From an uncultured Chloroflexia bacterium (lineage in GTDB: Bacteria > Chloroflexota > Anaerolineae > B4-G1 > SLSP01), in contig CAVVUS010000043.1 in NCBI GenBank assembly GCA_963751345.1, positions 32,001-96,000 on the forward strand: DNA of 64,000 bases. Direction: 5' to 3'. Below the pieces are notes generated by a model that did no database searches, was not told the origin of the DNA, and saw nothing but the letters and a program-made list of their open reading frames with translations. The position numbers and the translations under genes were made by a program. Below, piece by piece: positions 42,084-51,392 of the stretch. Position 1 is the stretch's first letter. The number at the start of each line of letters is the position of its first letter.

Positions 42084-42899
42084 ATGGGAGCAAGTGTGAC
42101 AAATATAACGTGGGACAAGCTGACGACGTTGAAGTCTCTCCTGACAGACATGGAGAGCGTGCTGGTCGCCTACTCAGGCGGCGTGGACAGCTCCTTCCTG
42201 CTCAAAGTCGCCCGGGATGTCCTGGGAAGTCGAGCCCAAGGGGTGATAGCCGTATCGCCGCTGATGCCGGACTATGAGCTAAGCGAAGCCGAAGAGGTCG
42301 CCTGTGAGATCGATGTTCAGGTAGCCATCGTCGAAAAGGGAGAGCTCGAGGATCCCGAGTTCCTTGCCAACACTCCGGATCGATGCTACTTCTGCAAGGG
42401 CGCCATCTGCGAACGACTCAAGGGCTTCGCGCAGGAGCACGGCTATCGAGTCGTGGTCGATGGCACCAACGCGGATGACACCGGTGATTACCGGCCCGGA
42501 CAACGTGCGGCGCGCGAGTGTGGCATGCGAAGCCCATTGCAGGAGGCCGGCTTCACCAAGGTCGAGATTCGGACGCTGGCTCGCGAGATGGGCCTCCCCA
42601 ACTGGGACAAACCCTCCTCGGCCTGCTTGGCCTCACGTATCCCCTATGGTACCCCCATCACGCGGGCCGATCTGGCGAGGATCGGAGAGGCGGAGTTGGT
42701 ACTGAGAGGCCTTGGCCTGCGCCAGCTCCGGGTCCGTCATCACGGGAACGTCGCGCGCATCGAAGTGCCGGTCGAGGCGTTTGACACGATTCTGGCCAAC
42801 CGCCAAGAGATTGTGGACGCCCTAAAGGCGTTGGGCTATGCCTACGTCACCCTGGATCTCAAGGGGTTCCGCTCCGGCAGTATGAACGAGGTCATCTGA
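42084..42899 (+). CDS. larE: NPN cofactor sulfur insertase LarE
   Basis: AYSGGVDS PP-loop, DRCYFCK, DYRPG, SACLASRIPYG, GFRSGSMN. Confidence 0.95.
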   Translation: MGASVTNITWDKLTTLKSLLTDMESVLVAYSGGVDSSFLLKVARDVLGSRAQGVIAVSPLMPDYELSEAEEVACEIDVQVAIVEKGELEDPEFLANTPDRCYFCKGAICERLKGFAQEHGYRVVVDGTNADDTGDYRPGQRAARECGMRSPLQEAGFTKVEIRTLAREMGLPNWDKPSSACLASRIPYGTPITRADLARIGEAELVLRGLGLRQLRVRHHGNVARIEVPVEAFDTILANRQEIVDALKALGYAYVTLDLKGFRSGSMNEVI

Positions 42900-42903
42900 T
42901 CTG

Positions 42904-43671
42904 ATGGATACCGAGAAACTACGCGAGCTTCTTCTTGACGTCCAACAGGGGGGCCTGGATGTCGACGCAGCGTTGTCACGGCTTCGCACGCTGCCCTATG
43001 ACGACGTGGGGAACTACGCTCGATTGGACATCCACCGGGCGTTGCGGAACGGCATGCCCGAGGTTGTCTTCTGTGAGAGCAAGACGCCGGCACAGGCCGT
43101 CGCGATCCTGGACCGGCTGTGGGCCCACCACGACCGCGTGCTGGGGACGCGAGTCTCGCCGGAGATGGCTCAGGTCATCCAGAGCCAGTTGCCCGACGTG
43201 CGATATGATCCGATCTCACGGCTCGTGACCCTGACGCGAACGGAGTTGCCGGCACCCGCGGCGGATGCCCCGTATGCGATGGTGATCTGCGGCGGCACGT
43301 CGGACCTCCCCGTCGCGGAAGAGGCCACCCAGGTCCTGAAGTTCCTCGGGCATCGCGTGGAGCACGCCTATGACGTCGGCGTCGCGGGGCTGCATCGCCT
43401 CCTGGGTGAGCTCGACCGCTTGATGGATGCCGCAGTCGTCATTGCCATCGCAGGCATGGAGGGCGCCCTCACCAGCGTGGTTGCCGGCCTGGTCTCGGCT
43501 CCCGTGATCGGCGTGCCCACGAGCGTCGGGTACGGCGCAAACTTCGGCGGCGTTGCTCCCCTACTGACGATGCTCAATTCCTGCGCCTCGGGCGTCTCCG
43601 TCGTCAACATCGACAACGGATATGGGGCCGCCGTCTTCGCCCACTTGATGCTGCGCCAGATCGAGGAGTAG
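42904..43671 (+). CDS. larB: NPN cofactor carboxylase/hydrolase LarB
   Basis: GTSDLPVAEE, DVGVAGLHR, AGMEGAL, PTSVGYG, NSCASG, VNIDNGYGA. Confidence 0.95.
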   Translation: MDTEKLRELLLDVQQGGLDVDAALSRLRTLPYDDVGNYARLDIHRALRNGMPEVVFCESKTPAQAVAILDRLWAHHDRVLGTRVSPEMAQVIQSQLPDVRYDPISRLVTLTRTELPAPAADAPYAMVICGGTSDLPVAEEATQVLKFLGHRVEHAYDVGVAGLHRLLGELDRLMDAAVVIAIAGMEGALTSVVAGLVSAPVIGVPTSVGYGANFGGVAPLLTMLNSCASGVSVVNIDNGYGAAVFAHLMLRQIEE

Positions 43672-43740
43672 GCGTCACATTCGTTCGCTCGCTGATTCAC
43701 TGACTCGCTCATCCGCTCTTTGCATAGGAGACACTGACCC

Positions 43741-45219
43741 ATGAGAATTGCCTACTTCGACTGCATCGCCGGTGCCAGTGGCGACATGATCCTTGGTGCA
43801 CTGGTGGATGCCGGTCTATCATTGGCGGAATTGCAGGCACGCCTCGGCGCTCTGCACCTCCGCGATTTCGAGCTGCGCGAGCGCCGCGTCACCAAGAACG
43901 CGTTCACCGCGACGAAAGTCGACGTCATCGTTGCGGATGACGTGCCTGAGCGCCACATCAAGGACATCATCGCTGTCGTCGAGCAAAGCGACCTCTCGGC
44001 TGAGATCAAGGAGAAGGCGGTCGAGATCTTCCGCAAGATCGGGGCGGCGGAGGCCGGCATCCACGGGACCTCCCTGGACGAGGTTCACCTTCATGAACTC
44101 GGCGGTGTCGATACGATCGTGGACGTCGTCGGCGCGTTGGTCGGGCTGGAAGCGTTGGGCATAGAGCGCGTCGTCGTCTCACCCGTGCCGCTCGGACGGG
44201 GCTTTATCCAGGGCGCCCATGGGCGCATTCCCCTCCCGGCACCGGCGACGGTCGCATTGCTCAAGGGCGTCCCCATCGTCGGCAGTCCCCTTGAGGTGGA
44301 GACCGTCACCCCCACAGGAGCTGCACTGCTGTCGTCGCTTGGAGACGCATTTGGTCCCGTCCCACCGATGACGTTGGAGGTCGTGGGATATGGCGCGGGC
44401 AACCGTGACATGGTCATCCCAAACATCCTGCGCCTCCTGATCGGCACGTCTGACGACAAGCCTGCAGCGCATCACGATCACGGACATGCCCACAGCCATG
44501 AGCATCCGCACACCCACGGTGGCGAACATCATCACGAACACCCGCCCGCCGACGCAGACGAGCCGGGTCATAGTCATCAACACGAGGCCGATCACGAGCA
44601 TCGTCACGATCACGCCGATGATCATGCATTGCCTCACGGCCATCACCACGATGACGAGATGTCACACAGACATCCGCACCCCCTCGCCGAACATACCCAC
44701 GCAGAGCCCACTCATACGCACTCCTGTCTCGACGTCGACCGGCTGAAGGTCCTCGAGACGAACATTGACGACCTGAACCCCGAGACCTATGAGTACGTGA
44801 TGGATGCTCTCTTTGCCGCGGGGGCGCTGGACGTTTTTCTTGCGCCCATTCAGATGAAGAAAAACCGGCCCGCCACGCTTCTGCGCGTCCTGTGCAAGCC
44901 CGGAGACGTCGAAGCGATGACATCCATCCTCTTTGCCGAGACGAGCACCCTCGGCATCCGGGAACAGACGGTGGAACGGCACGCGCTACCGCGCACGATC
45001 CGCCACGTCGACACGCCCTACGGGCCGGTCCACGTCAAGGTTGCCGACCTCGGTGGGGGTAAGGTAAAGAGCGCGCCGGAATACGAGGACTGCCGCAGGC
45101 TGGCTGCCTCACACGGCGTGCCGCTTCGCGAGGTCTATCAAGCCGCACAGGAAGCGGCGCATCGAGCGGAGGAGCCAGCGAGCGCAGGCGCCGAGGAGAG
45201 GGAAAGCGAAGCTTGTTAG
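43741..45219 (+). CDS. larC: NPN cofactor nickel insertase LarC
   Basis: YFDCIAGASGDM, VHLHE, PAPAT, TPTGAA, His-rich linker, ETNIDD, MKKNRP, PEYED. Confidence 0.95.
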   Translation: MRIAYFDCIAGASGDMILGALVDAGLSLAELQARLGALHLRDFELRERRVTKNAFTATKVDVIVADDVPERHIKDIIAVVEQSDLSAEIKEKAVEIFRKIGAAEAGIHGTSLDEVHLHELGGVDTIVDVVGALVGLEALGIERVVVSPVPLGRGFIQGAHGRIPLPAPATVALLKGVPIVGSPLEVETVTPTGAALLSSLGDAFGPVPPMTLEVVGYGAGNRDMVIPNILRLLIGTSDDKPAAHHDHGHAHSHEHPHTHGGEHHHEHPPADADEPGHSHQHEADHEHRHDHADDHALPHGHHHDDEMSHRHPHPLAEHTHAEPTHTHSCLDVDRLKVLETNIDDLNPETYEYVMDALFAAGALDVFLAPIQMKKNRPATLLRVLCKPGDVEAMTSILFAETSTLGIREQTVERHALPRTIRHVDTPYGPVHVKVADLGGGKVKSAPEYEDCRRLAASHGVPLREVYQAAQEAAHRAEEPASAGAEERESEAC

Positions 45220-46895
45220 GCCCCGGCCTTCCCCTCCGCACCCAGGCCCCGCAGCGCATCGTCGACCGTCAGCCAGCCGGCGCCCGGGAAGAGCTCGGCG
45301 ACCTGGGGGGCAAATAGGTCCGACCCACCCAGCACCTCTTGTGGCGCTCCCCGGGCCACGATTCGCCCCGCCGCCATCAAGAGCACGCGATCGGCGACAA
45401 GGGCCGCCAATTCCACGTCGTGGGTCACCAGCAGGATCGCCAGACGATCGGCGCGCCAGCCGCGGATAAGATCGGCCAGACGCGCCTTGGCCTCATAATC
45501 CAGTCCTCTTGTCGGTTCGTCCAGCAAAATCGCGCCGGGGTGAGTGACGGTGATTGCGGCGAGTGCGACCCGCTGGCGTTCGCCCACGCTGAGATCTCGC
45601 GGATAGGCTGCGGCCTTGTCCCCGAGGCCGAGCTTGGCCAACAGACGATCGGGGGCCAGGGCCAGGTCGGATGCGGTGAGACCGTGGTTGCGCAACGTCA
45701 CGTAGAGTTCTTCAAGCACAGTATCCGCGAAGAGTAAAGCGTTGGGGTCCTGGGGAAGATAGGCAACGTCCCGGCACACGTCGGCCACCGGCATGCCGGA
45801 GGTTTCACGCCCGGACACCCGTACCCGGCCCGACGTTGGGCGCACGAGACCGATCAGGCTCTTGAGCAGAGTGCTCTTCCCGCTGCCGTTCCGCCCCATC
45901 AGCACGGTGACAACGCCGGGACGCAGGGACAGGTCGACGTCAAACAACACCTGCTTCCCGTTGTAGCCCACCTGCAGCGACTCGGCTTCCACATATGCCT
46001 GCGCAGCGCCGGGCTCTGCCGTCTCCCTGCTCACCTGCCCTCCCGATCCGCCGCTCGCCATCACTGCCGGCTTCGTAGGCACGACCATCTCGCGGCTGAA
46101 GCGCCGCCCGGCCTCGACCGTCACCGGCAACGGAGACCATCCCAGGGCTTTGCCCAGCGCAGCAACCGGTGGCACCAGGTCGATCCGGTCGAGCACGGCC
46201 GCCGGCGTTCCCGCGATCACGGATTCCGCGCCTCCGGGCACGTAAACCATCCGGTCGGCGAACGCGAGCACCCGCTCCAGCCGGTGCTCTGCCAGCACGA
46301 TGGTCAGCCCCCTGGCGGCGTTAAGGCGTGCGAGCGCCTGCAGCACATCTTCCGCCGATTGGGGGTCGAGTTGCGAGGTGGGCTCATCCAGGACGAGGAT
46401 TTGCGGCTGCAGCGCCAATGCTGCAGCAATGGCCACACGCTGTTTCTCCCCTCCGGAGAGCGTCGCCAGAGGGCGCTCACGCAGAGGGAGCAGCCCCAGC
46501 AGGTTGAGAGCGTCGGAGACCCGCTCCCGCATCTCCTGCCGGTCCATCGCGGCGTTTTCGAGTGCAAAGGCGATCTCGTCCTCGACCCGGTCCATCACGA
46601 ACTGTGCCTCGGGGTCCTGGAAGACAAACCCGACGTGGCGACACATAATCTGCGGCCCGTCCGTCACAGGATTCCGACCGGCCACCGAGAGATGTCCTGA
46701 GAAGGTTCCCCCCGTGAAGTGTGGGACCAGTCCGTTCAAGCAGCGCAGCAAGGTGGATTTCCCGGCACCTGAAGGGCCGGCCACGACCGTGACGTCGCCC
46801 TCCCCAAAGGACAGTGTCACGTCGCTGAGCGCCGGGATCCCGGCCTCAGGGTATCGGAACGAGACACGTTCAAACGAGATGATCGGCGGCGCCAT
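45216..46895 (-). CDS. ECF transporter fused A-A' ATPase
   Basis: Two NBDs (GPSGAGKST, GRNGSGKST), VFQDPE, LDEPTSQLD, HRLERV. Confidence 0.92.
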   Translation of the reverse strand: MAPPIISFERVSFRYPEAGIPALSDVTLSFGEGDVTVVAGPSGAGKSTLLRCLNGLVPHFTGGTFSGHLSVAGRNPVTDGPQIMCRHVGFVFQDPEAQFVMDRVEDEIAFALENAAMDRQEMRERVSDALNLLGLLPLRERPLATLSGGEKQRVAIAAALALQPQILVLDEPTSQLDPQSAEDVLQALARLNAARGLTIVLAEHRLERVLAFADRMVYVPGGAESVIAGTPAAVLDRIDLVPPVAALGKALGWSPLPVTVEAGRRFSREMVVPTKPAVMASGGSGGQVSRETAEPGAAQAYVEAESLQVGYNGKQVLFDVDLSLRPGVVTVLMGRNGSGKSTLLKSLIGLVRPTSGRVRVSGRETSGMPVADVCRDVAYLPQDPNALLFADTVLEELYVTLRNHGLTASDLALAPDRLLAKLGLGDKAAAYPRDLSVGERQRVALAAITVTHPGAILLDEPTRGLDYEAKARLADLIRGWRADRLAILLVTHDVELAALVADRVLLMAAGRIVARGAPQEVLGGSDLFAPQVAELFPGAGWLTVDDALRGLGAEGKAGA

Positions 46896-48004
46896 TGGCT
46901 TGTGGTTGCACGAGCAGAGCAGGGACGAGTAGCCCGAGGAGGGCTATCCCCACGCGGATGTCAAACGCGGGCCAGGTGAGCAGGGGATAGGGTGTGTATT
47001 CGCGGGCATCCGGCCATAGCAGAAAGGAGCTTGCCGCCAACAGGCTCCCGGCTGCGACCAAGCTGTCGCGCCACGTCCAGGAGCGCTGGCGATAGCGAGT
47101 GTAGTGCACACCATGTCCGGATCGCCAGATGGCCAGAATCACCACGCCAACACCTGCCACGAGCATCAGAGATGACCATACAGCGCCGCCGGGCACAAGC
47201 CGGAGAACGCTGGCGGCGAGCACGCAGCTAAGGCCGACGGCCAACGCAATCTGGGCCTCATGATTCCGAAGAGCGACGAACACGGCCCGACCCCTGGAGC
47301 TCGTGGGCGATAGCGCTTCTTCCCCGGAACCTGCGGAAGGTTCAGGTCGAGGATAACGACGATCCCACCACCGCCGGCGAGGTCGTCGCAAAGCCTCGTG
47401 CCGTCATCGCCTCGGCCAACTGTAGCGCTCGTTCGAGGCCACCGATCAGGACCGGCATAAAGAGAGGCAGCCAGTCTCGCAATCCGCGCATCCGGTGTCC
47501 GCGAACCGCCTGCGCCTCGCGAACCTGTTGGAACTGCCGCAACGTATTGGGCACAAAGGTCACCGCGATGGCGGAGACCACGGCGGCAGGGTAAAACGCG
47601 CGGGGAAGATAACCGATGAGATCGCGCACCGGAACTGCGACACTCAGCACCGCAAAGGTAGCGTAGAGGGTGGCGAGCACCAGGCCATTGATCGCGCCAT
47701 AGGCCAGCGCCTCGACCGTGATCGCCCCTCCCAGCAGCGGAATGGCTCCCGGCAGACGCAGCAACACGGTCTCGCCGAAGTGACTGGTGAGCCCATTGAG
47801 AAGCGCCCCGGCGGCTACGGCAAAGACCGCAAAACGTACAGGCGAGATCGGCAGGAATCCCACGCTCTGCAGTTCGGGAGATCGAGCCCCCTCCGCGACG
47901 ACGTAAGCGATGACAAAGACCACCACGAGATAGAGAGGGTCACGCGTCAGTAGTGAGGCTACCGCCGAGGCCGCCAGCCATACAAACCAAGCGACGGGAT
48001 GCAT
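46870..48004 (-). CDS. ECF transporter T component (frameshift near 47390)
   Basis: AQAVRG and AMTARGF coupling motifs. Confidence 0.88.
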
Positions 48005-48025
48005 CAGGCCGTGACCTCTTGGGGC

Positions 48026-48919
48026 TCACATGCCTGCAGCGACGTCGCGACTCGACTCCTCGACACATCCGGCATCTCCCGAGTCGCTCCCCCTCACGTC
48101 GAAGGAGAATCGGTGGGCAAAGCGGTAGAGCGTTCTCAGCGTAGGCCTACCAAAGAGCAGGAGCATGCCTACGGTGCCAATGACCCGCGCCAGATCCCAC
48201 AGCAGCGACGTGGCGACGTAGAACGCCAGAAAGCGCCTCACACCATCAGCTATGCTGATGCCCACCTGCCAGTGCTGGTCGACCGGCCCCGAGGCAAAGG
48301 GCCAGAACCAGAGATTCATCAACGCGCCGAAGCCCAGACTCCAGACCCCGCCGTAGAACGCGAGAGACAGGATCTCCCACCGTGTGCCCTGTGCATGGAA
48401 GGCTCGGTTGAGATACCGGACCATAGGCGCCCCGAGGCCGATCCACCCGGCGACCAGCATCCGGTAGGGCAGCCACGGCCCAACCCCACCCGTGACCAGA
48501 GCGGAGACGAAGAGCGTGAGCGCGCCGAGGAGGTATCCGAAGCGAGCGCCATAGACGTACCCACCGAGGATGATCAAAAAGAAGATGGGGCTGAATCCGC
48601 CGGGGCCCGGCACCGCCGTCTCGATAAAACTCAGGACGGCGTTCAGCCCGACCAACACGCCCAGGAGCGCGATCCGCTTGGCATCGCTCCCGGATCCGCC
48701 TGTGGAAGACGCATCGCCCTGCGCTTCCAGCGTGAGAGCCACCAACGCCATGCCCCCGAGCAGCGCCAGAAATAGAGGGGAGTCGGCGGCGTGAGCGAGG
48801 CCCCCCGCACTGTCGAGTCGCTGCGCCTGAGGGAAAAAGGGGTACAGAAACGCCGCAATCCCGATGAGGGAAGCGAGGCCGTAGATCAGCCACCGCAGCA
48901 TGCGCCGCAGATCGGGCAT
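48026..48919 (-). CDS. ECF S component, cobalamin (CbrT-like)
   Basis: PIFFLII, SALVTGGVGPWLP, SLLWDLAR; inside a B12-riboswitch operon. Confidence 0.85.
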   Translation of the reverse strand: MPDLRRMLRWLIYGLASLIGIAAFLYPFFPQAQRLDSAGGLAHAADSPLFLALLGGMALVALTLEAQGDASSTGGSGSDAKRIALLGVLVGLNAVLSFIETAVPGPGGFSPIFFLIILGGYVYGARFGYLLGALTLFVSALVTGGVGPWLPYRMLVAGWIGLGAPMVRYLNRAFHAQGTRWEILSLAFYGGVWSLGFGALMNLWFWPFASGPVDQHWQVGISIADGVRRFLAFYVATSLLWDLARVIGTVGMLLLFGRPTLRTLYRFAHRFSFDVRGSDSGDAGCVEESSRDVAAGM

Positions 48920-48922
48920 CCT

Positions 48923-49831
48923 CTACTGCTCCTGGCGGCCTCCACGCCTCTGACGGCGCTGGAGGAGAAACGCCCCGCCGATCAGGGCGAGAATCGCCGC
49001 AAAGGCCGCGTAGGTTGAAGGACGTGTGCCTGTCGACGGTGATGCTCCTGCTGGCGTCGGGGTATTCGAGGCGGCAGGGGTCGGCGTAGCCGGGGGCTGT
49101 CCGGTAGCCGTTGGCCGGGGCGTAGCCGTGGCTGCCGGCGTAGAGGTAGCCGTCGGCGTTGACGATGGCTGGGCAGTCGCCTCCGCCACCTGCGGTGTGG
49201 TCGTCGCGGTCGCTGCCGGCTGTGTCGCCGTAGGCAGTGGCGTAGGCGTCGAAACCACGACCTCAGGCGTGATCGTAGCTGTCGGAGGTGGTGCAGGCTG
49301 CACTGTCGATGCCGGGGCGGCACTACAAATCGCCTCAAAGCTCATCACCGGCGGCAAAATAGAGCCGTCTCCCCACACCCACCCGTCGACGTCACCGTTA
49401 CCGAGCTGCCTTATGGCAGCCCCTATACCGGCGTAGGCCCAGGATCCATCCGCATTGCGGGCATAGTAGTTCCAATAGGCACAGGGCAAGCCCTTACACT
49501 GACACCAACAGTCGGAGGTTGGGCAGCCATCCCCATTGATGGAGCAGATCCTCGCTCCTACCGGCCCGGCGTCCGATGAAAACGAAAGGCCCGAGCGCTC
49601 TAGTAGCGCCAACCCCGATATCTGGGGGTCGCTAAAGCTTACACATCGTGTGACGACACGACCGTCACTCTGAACAATGACCAACCCGGCCTGATTCTCC
49701 CCTCCCTGGGCCAGGACCGGGGACCCCGTCAACAGGACGAACAGGAGAAGGGGCAGGGCGAACCGTACCCCTCTCCATAGCTGTCGAGGCCAAGCTTTCC
49801 GCTCTATGGCCGCAAGCTCGCGACTCACCAA
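48923..49831 (-). CDS. Surface-anchored DUF4430/SCO2322-like protein
   Basis: Signal peptide; ICSING...YWNYY...W...GDVDGWVW; Cys-rich; P/T stalk; TM + RRQRR. Confidence 0.7.
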   Translation of the reverse strand: MVSRELAAIERKAWPRQLWRGVRFALPLLLFVLLTGSPVLAQGGENQAGLVIVQSDGRVVTRCVSFSDPQISGLALLERSGLSFSSDAGPVGARICSINGDGCPTSDCWCQCKGLPCAYWNYYARNADGSWAYAGIGAAIRQLGNGDVDGWVWGDGSILPPVMSFEAICSAAPASTVQPAPPPTATITPEVVVSTPTPLPTATQPAATATTTPQVAEATAQPSSTPTATSTPAATATPRPTATGQPPATPTPAASNTPTPAGASPSTGTRPSTYAAFAAILALIGGAFLLQRRQRRGGRQEQ

Positions 49832-49847
49832 TCGCCTGAACCTTCCT

Positions 49848-50978
49848 TCACTTGCGGCGGAGCAGCGCGCTTACGCCCACCATCACGAGGATCGCAGCCA
49901 TTAACACCCCGGTGCCGAAACTCACGTGCGCTCCGGAAGAGGGTAGAAGGGGGGAGACGCTTGAGGCCGGCTGAGCGGCGGTGGCCTGAACAGAACCTGA
50001 AGCTCCGACAACCGGCAGATTGGCAAGGGTCATCCCTTCGGCGGCCTCAACGGCCTGCGCTGTCGCCAGCATGTTGGGAAAGGGCACCGAAGCCTGCCAG
50101 AAATAGCCCCCGCTGTTCTGATCCCAGAGGGCCAACAACGCGCCCAGGGGATCAGTACCGCCGGACAGCCAGTTGCCTAGCGGCTCATTCAGAGCCAGAA
50201 GCGCCTGGAGCACGACTGCCGTCGAATTAGCGTCGCTATCCGTGCCGTAAGGAGATGGGTTCTGGTACGGGAACCCACCATCGTCATTCTGCATCCGGTG
50301 AAGGTATGGCAGAGCACCTGCCGCGGCGTCGGCTCGTCCCACCGCGACGAGCGCCTGCATGACCAGCGCGGTCGTGTTGGTATCTGCCGTGCCGGGTGCG
50401 GTACCACCAAAGAGCGCCCACGCGCCGTCATCCGTAAACTGAGACGTCATAGCCGTGATGGCGTTCTGCGGCACGGTCGCTCCGGCATTGTGCAAACTGA
50501 GTACCGCGTACGCATGCTTGAAGAGCGTGTCGCCGAACCACCCCGTGGTGGCATCCTGCGAGGACAACACGAGATTGACCAGATCCCGTCCACCGAAGGC
50601 ACGCGGATCTTGGCCGGTCGCAACGGCGACCAACAGGGTCTTGCTGAGATTCCCGACATCGGTGACCTGCCCCGTAGCGATCTGGGAAGCCAAGTAGTCC
50701 AGGGGGGATTGTCCCGTGCCGGTCACCCATGTCCCGACATCCTCACCACCCGCAACAGCAGCAAGCACGATCTCGGTGGTGGTACCAAAATCCGAACCGG
50801 CGGCAAAGCCCGACGAGAAACCCCCATCGGGCTCCTGGGCCTGCCGCAGCCAGGCCAGCGCGGCCTCGTTCTGCGCATACAGGGCAGCTCCAGGGGATAC
50901 ATTATCCGCTGCCATCACGGGGAACGTCAGGGACATCGCGAGCAGCGCCAAGAACGACAGAGTGAAAAGCTTCTTCAT
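49848..50978 (-). CDS. Surface-anchored prenyltransferase/squalene-oxidase-repeat (alpha-barrel) protein
   Basis: Signal peptide; QEPDGGF, QNDDGGF, DTNTTA, DANSTA repeats; LPSSG + TM + RRK. Confidence 0.8.
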   Translation of the reverse strand: MKKLFTLSFLALLAMSLTFPVMAADNVSPGAALYAQNEAALAWLRQAQEPDGGFSSGFAAGSDFGTTTEIVLAAVAGGEDVGTWVTGTGQSPLDYLASQIATGQVTDVGNLSKTLLVAVATGQDPRAFGGRDLVNLVLSSQDATTGWFGDTLFKHAYAVLSLHNAGATVPQNAITAMTSQFTDDGAWALFGGTAPGTADTNTTALVMQALVAVGRADAAAGALPYLHRMQNDDGGFPYQNPSPYGTDSDANSTAVVLQALLALNEPLGNWLSGGTDPLGALLALWDQNSGGYFWQASVPFPNMLATAQAVEAAEGMTLANLPVVGASGSVQATAAQPASSVSPLLPSSGAHVSFGTGVLMAAILVMVGVSALLRRK

Positions 50979-51026
50979 GTGTGAAGTCCTCCGAACTGAG
51001 ATAGAACCCAGCCTACGCCAAGACAA

Positions 51027-51058
51027 CAAAAAACCTTCCCCCCAGGAAGAGGGAAGGT
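51027..51058 (-). terminator. Riboswitch expression-platform terminator
   Basis: ACCTTCCC...GGGAAGGT followed by a T run on the minus strand. Confidence 0.8.
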
Positions 51059-51119
51059 CCACCGACAAAACCTCTGTCGTGTGCCACCTCCTTTCCGCGA
51101 AGGGCAGCCAGCACAGGTC

Positions 51120-51260
51120 GAGGCGGAGTATCGGGCTTCTCTTTTGTAAAGAGATCACCGTTGCGGGACAGCGCCGGATTCTCACCGGACTTCCTCACTT
51201 CAAGCATCTGCCCTGGACACGGAATCCGTGATCCCTGGGCAGACACACCCCAACCGTTAC
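51120..51260 (-). ncRNA. Cobalamin riboswitch
   Basis: Minus strand reads GAGGAAGTCCGGTGAGAATCCGGCGCTGTCCCGCAACGGTGA...AGCCCGATACTCCGCC (B12 box). Confidence 0.92.
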
Positions 51261-51392
51261 GCTATTTGCTTGTCAACTTGACGTTGTCAGTATAACACGT
51301 GAGCAATGGAAATCAAGCACGGGTGCATCGACACTGGACCCCACGCACGACACCATTAAGATGATGGGACAAATCCGAACACAGGAGGCTGC

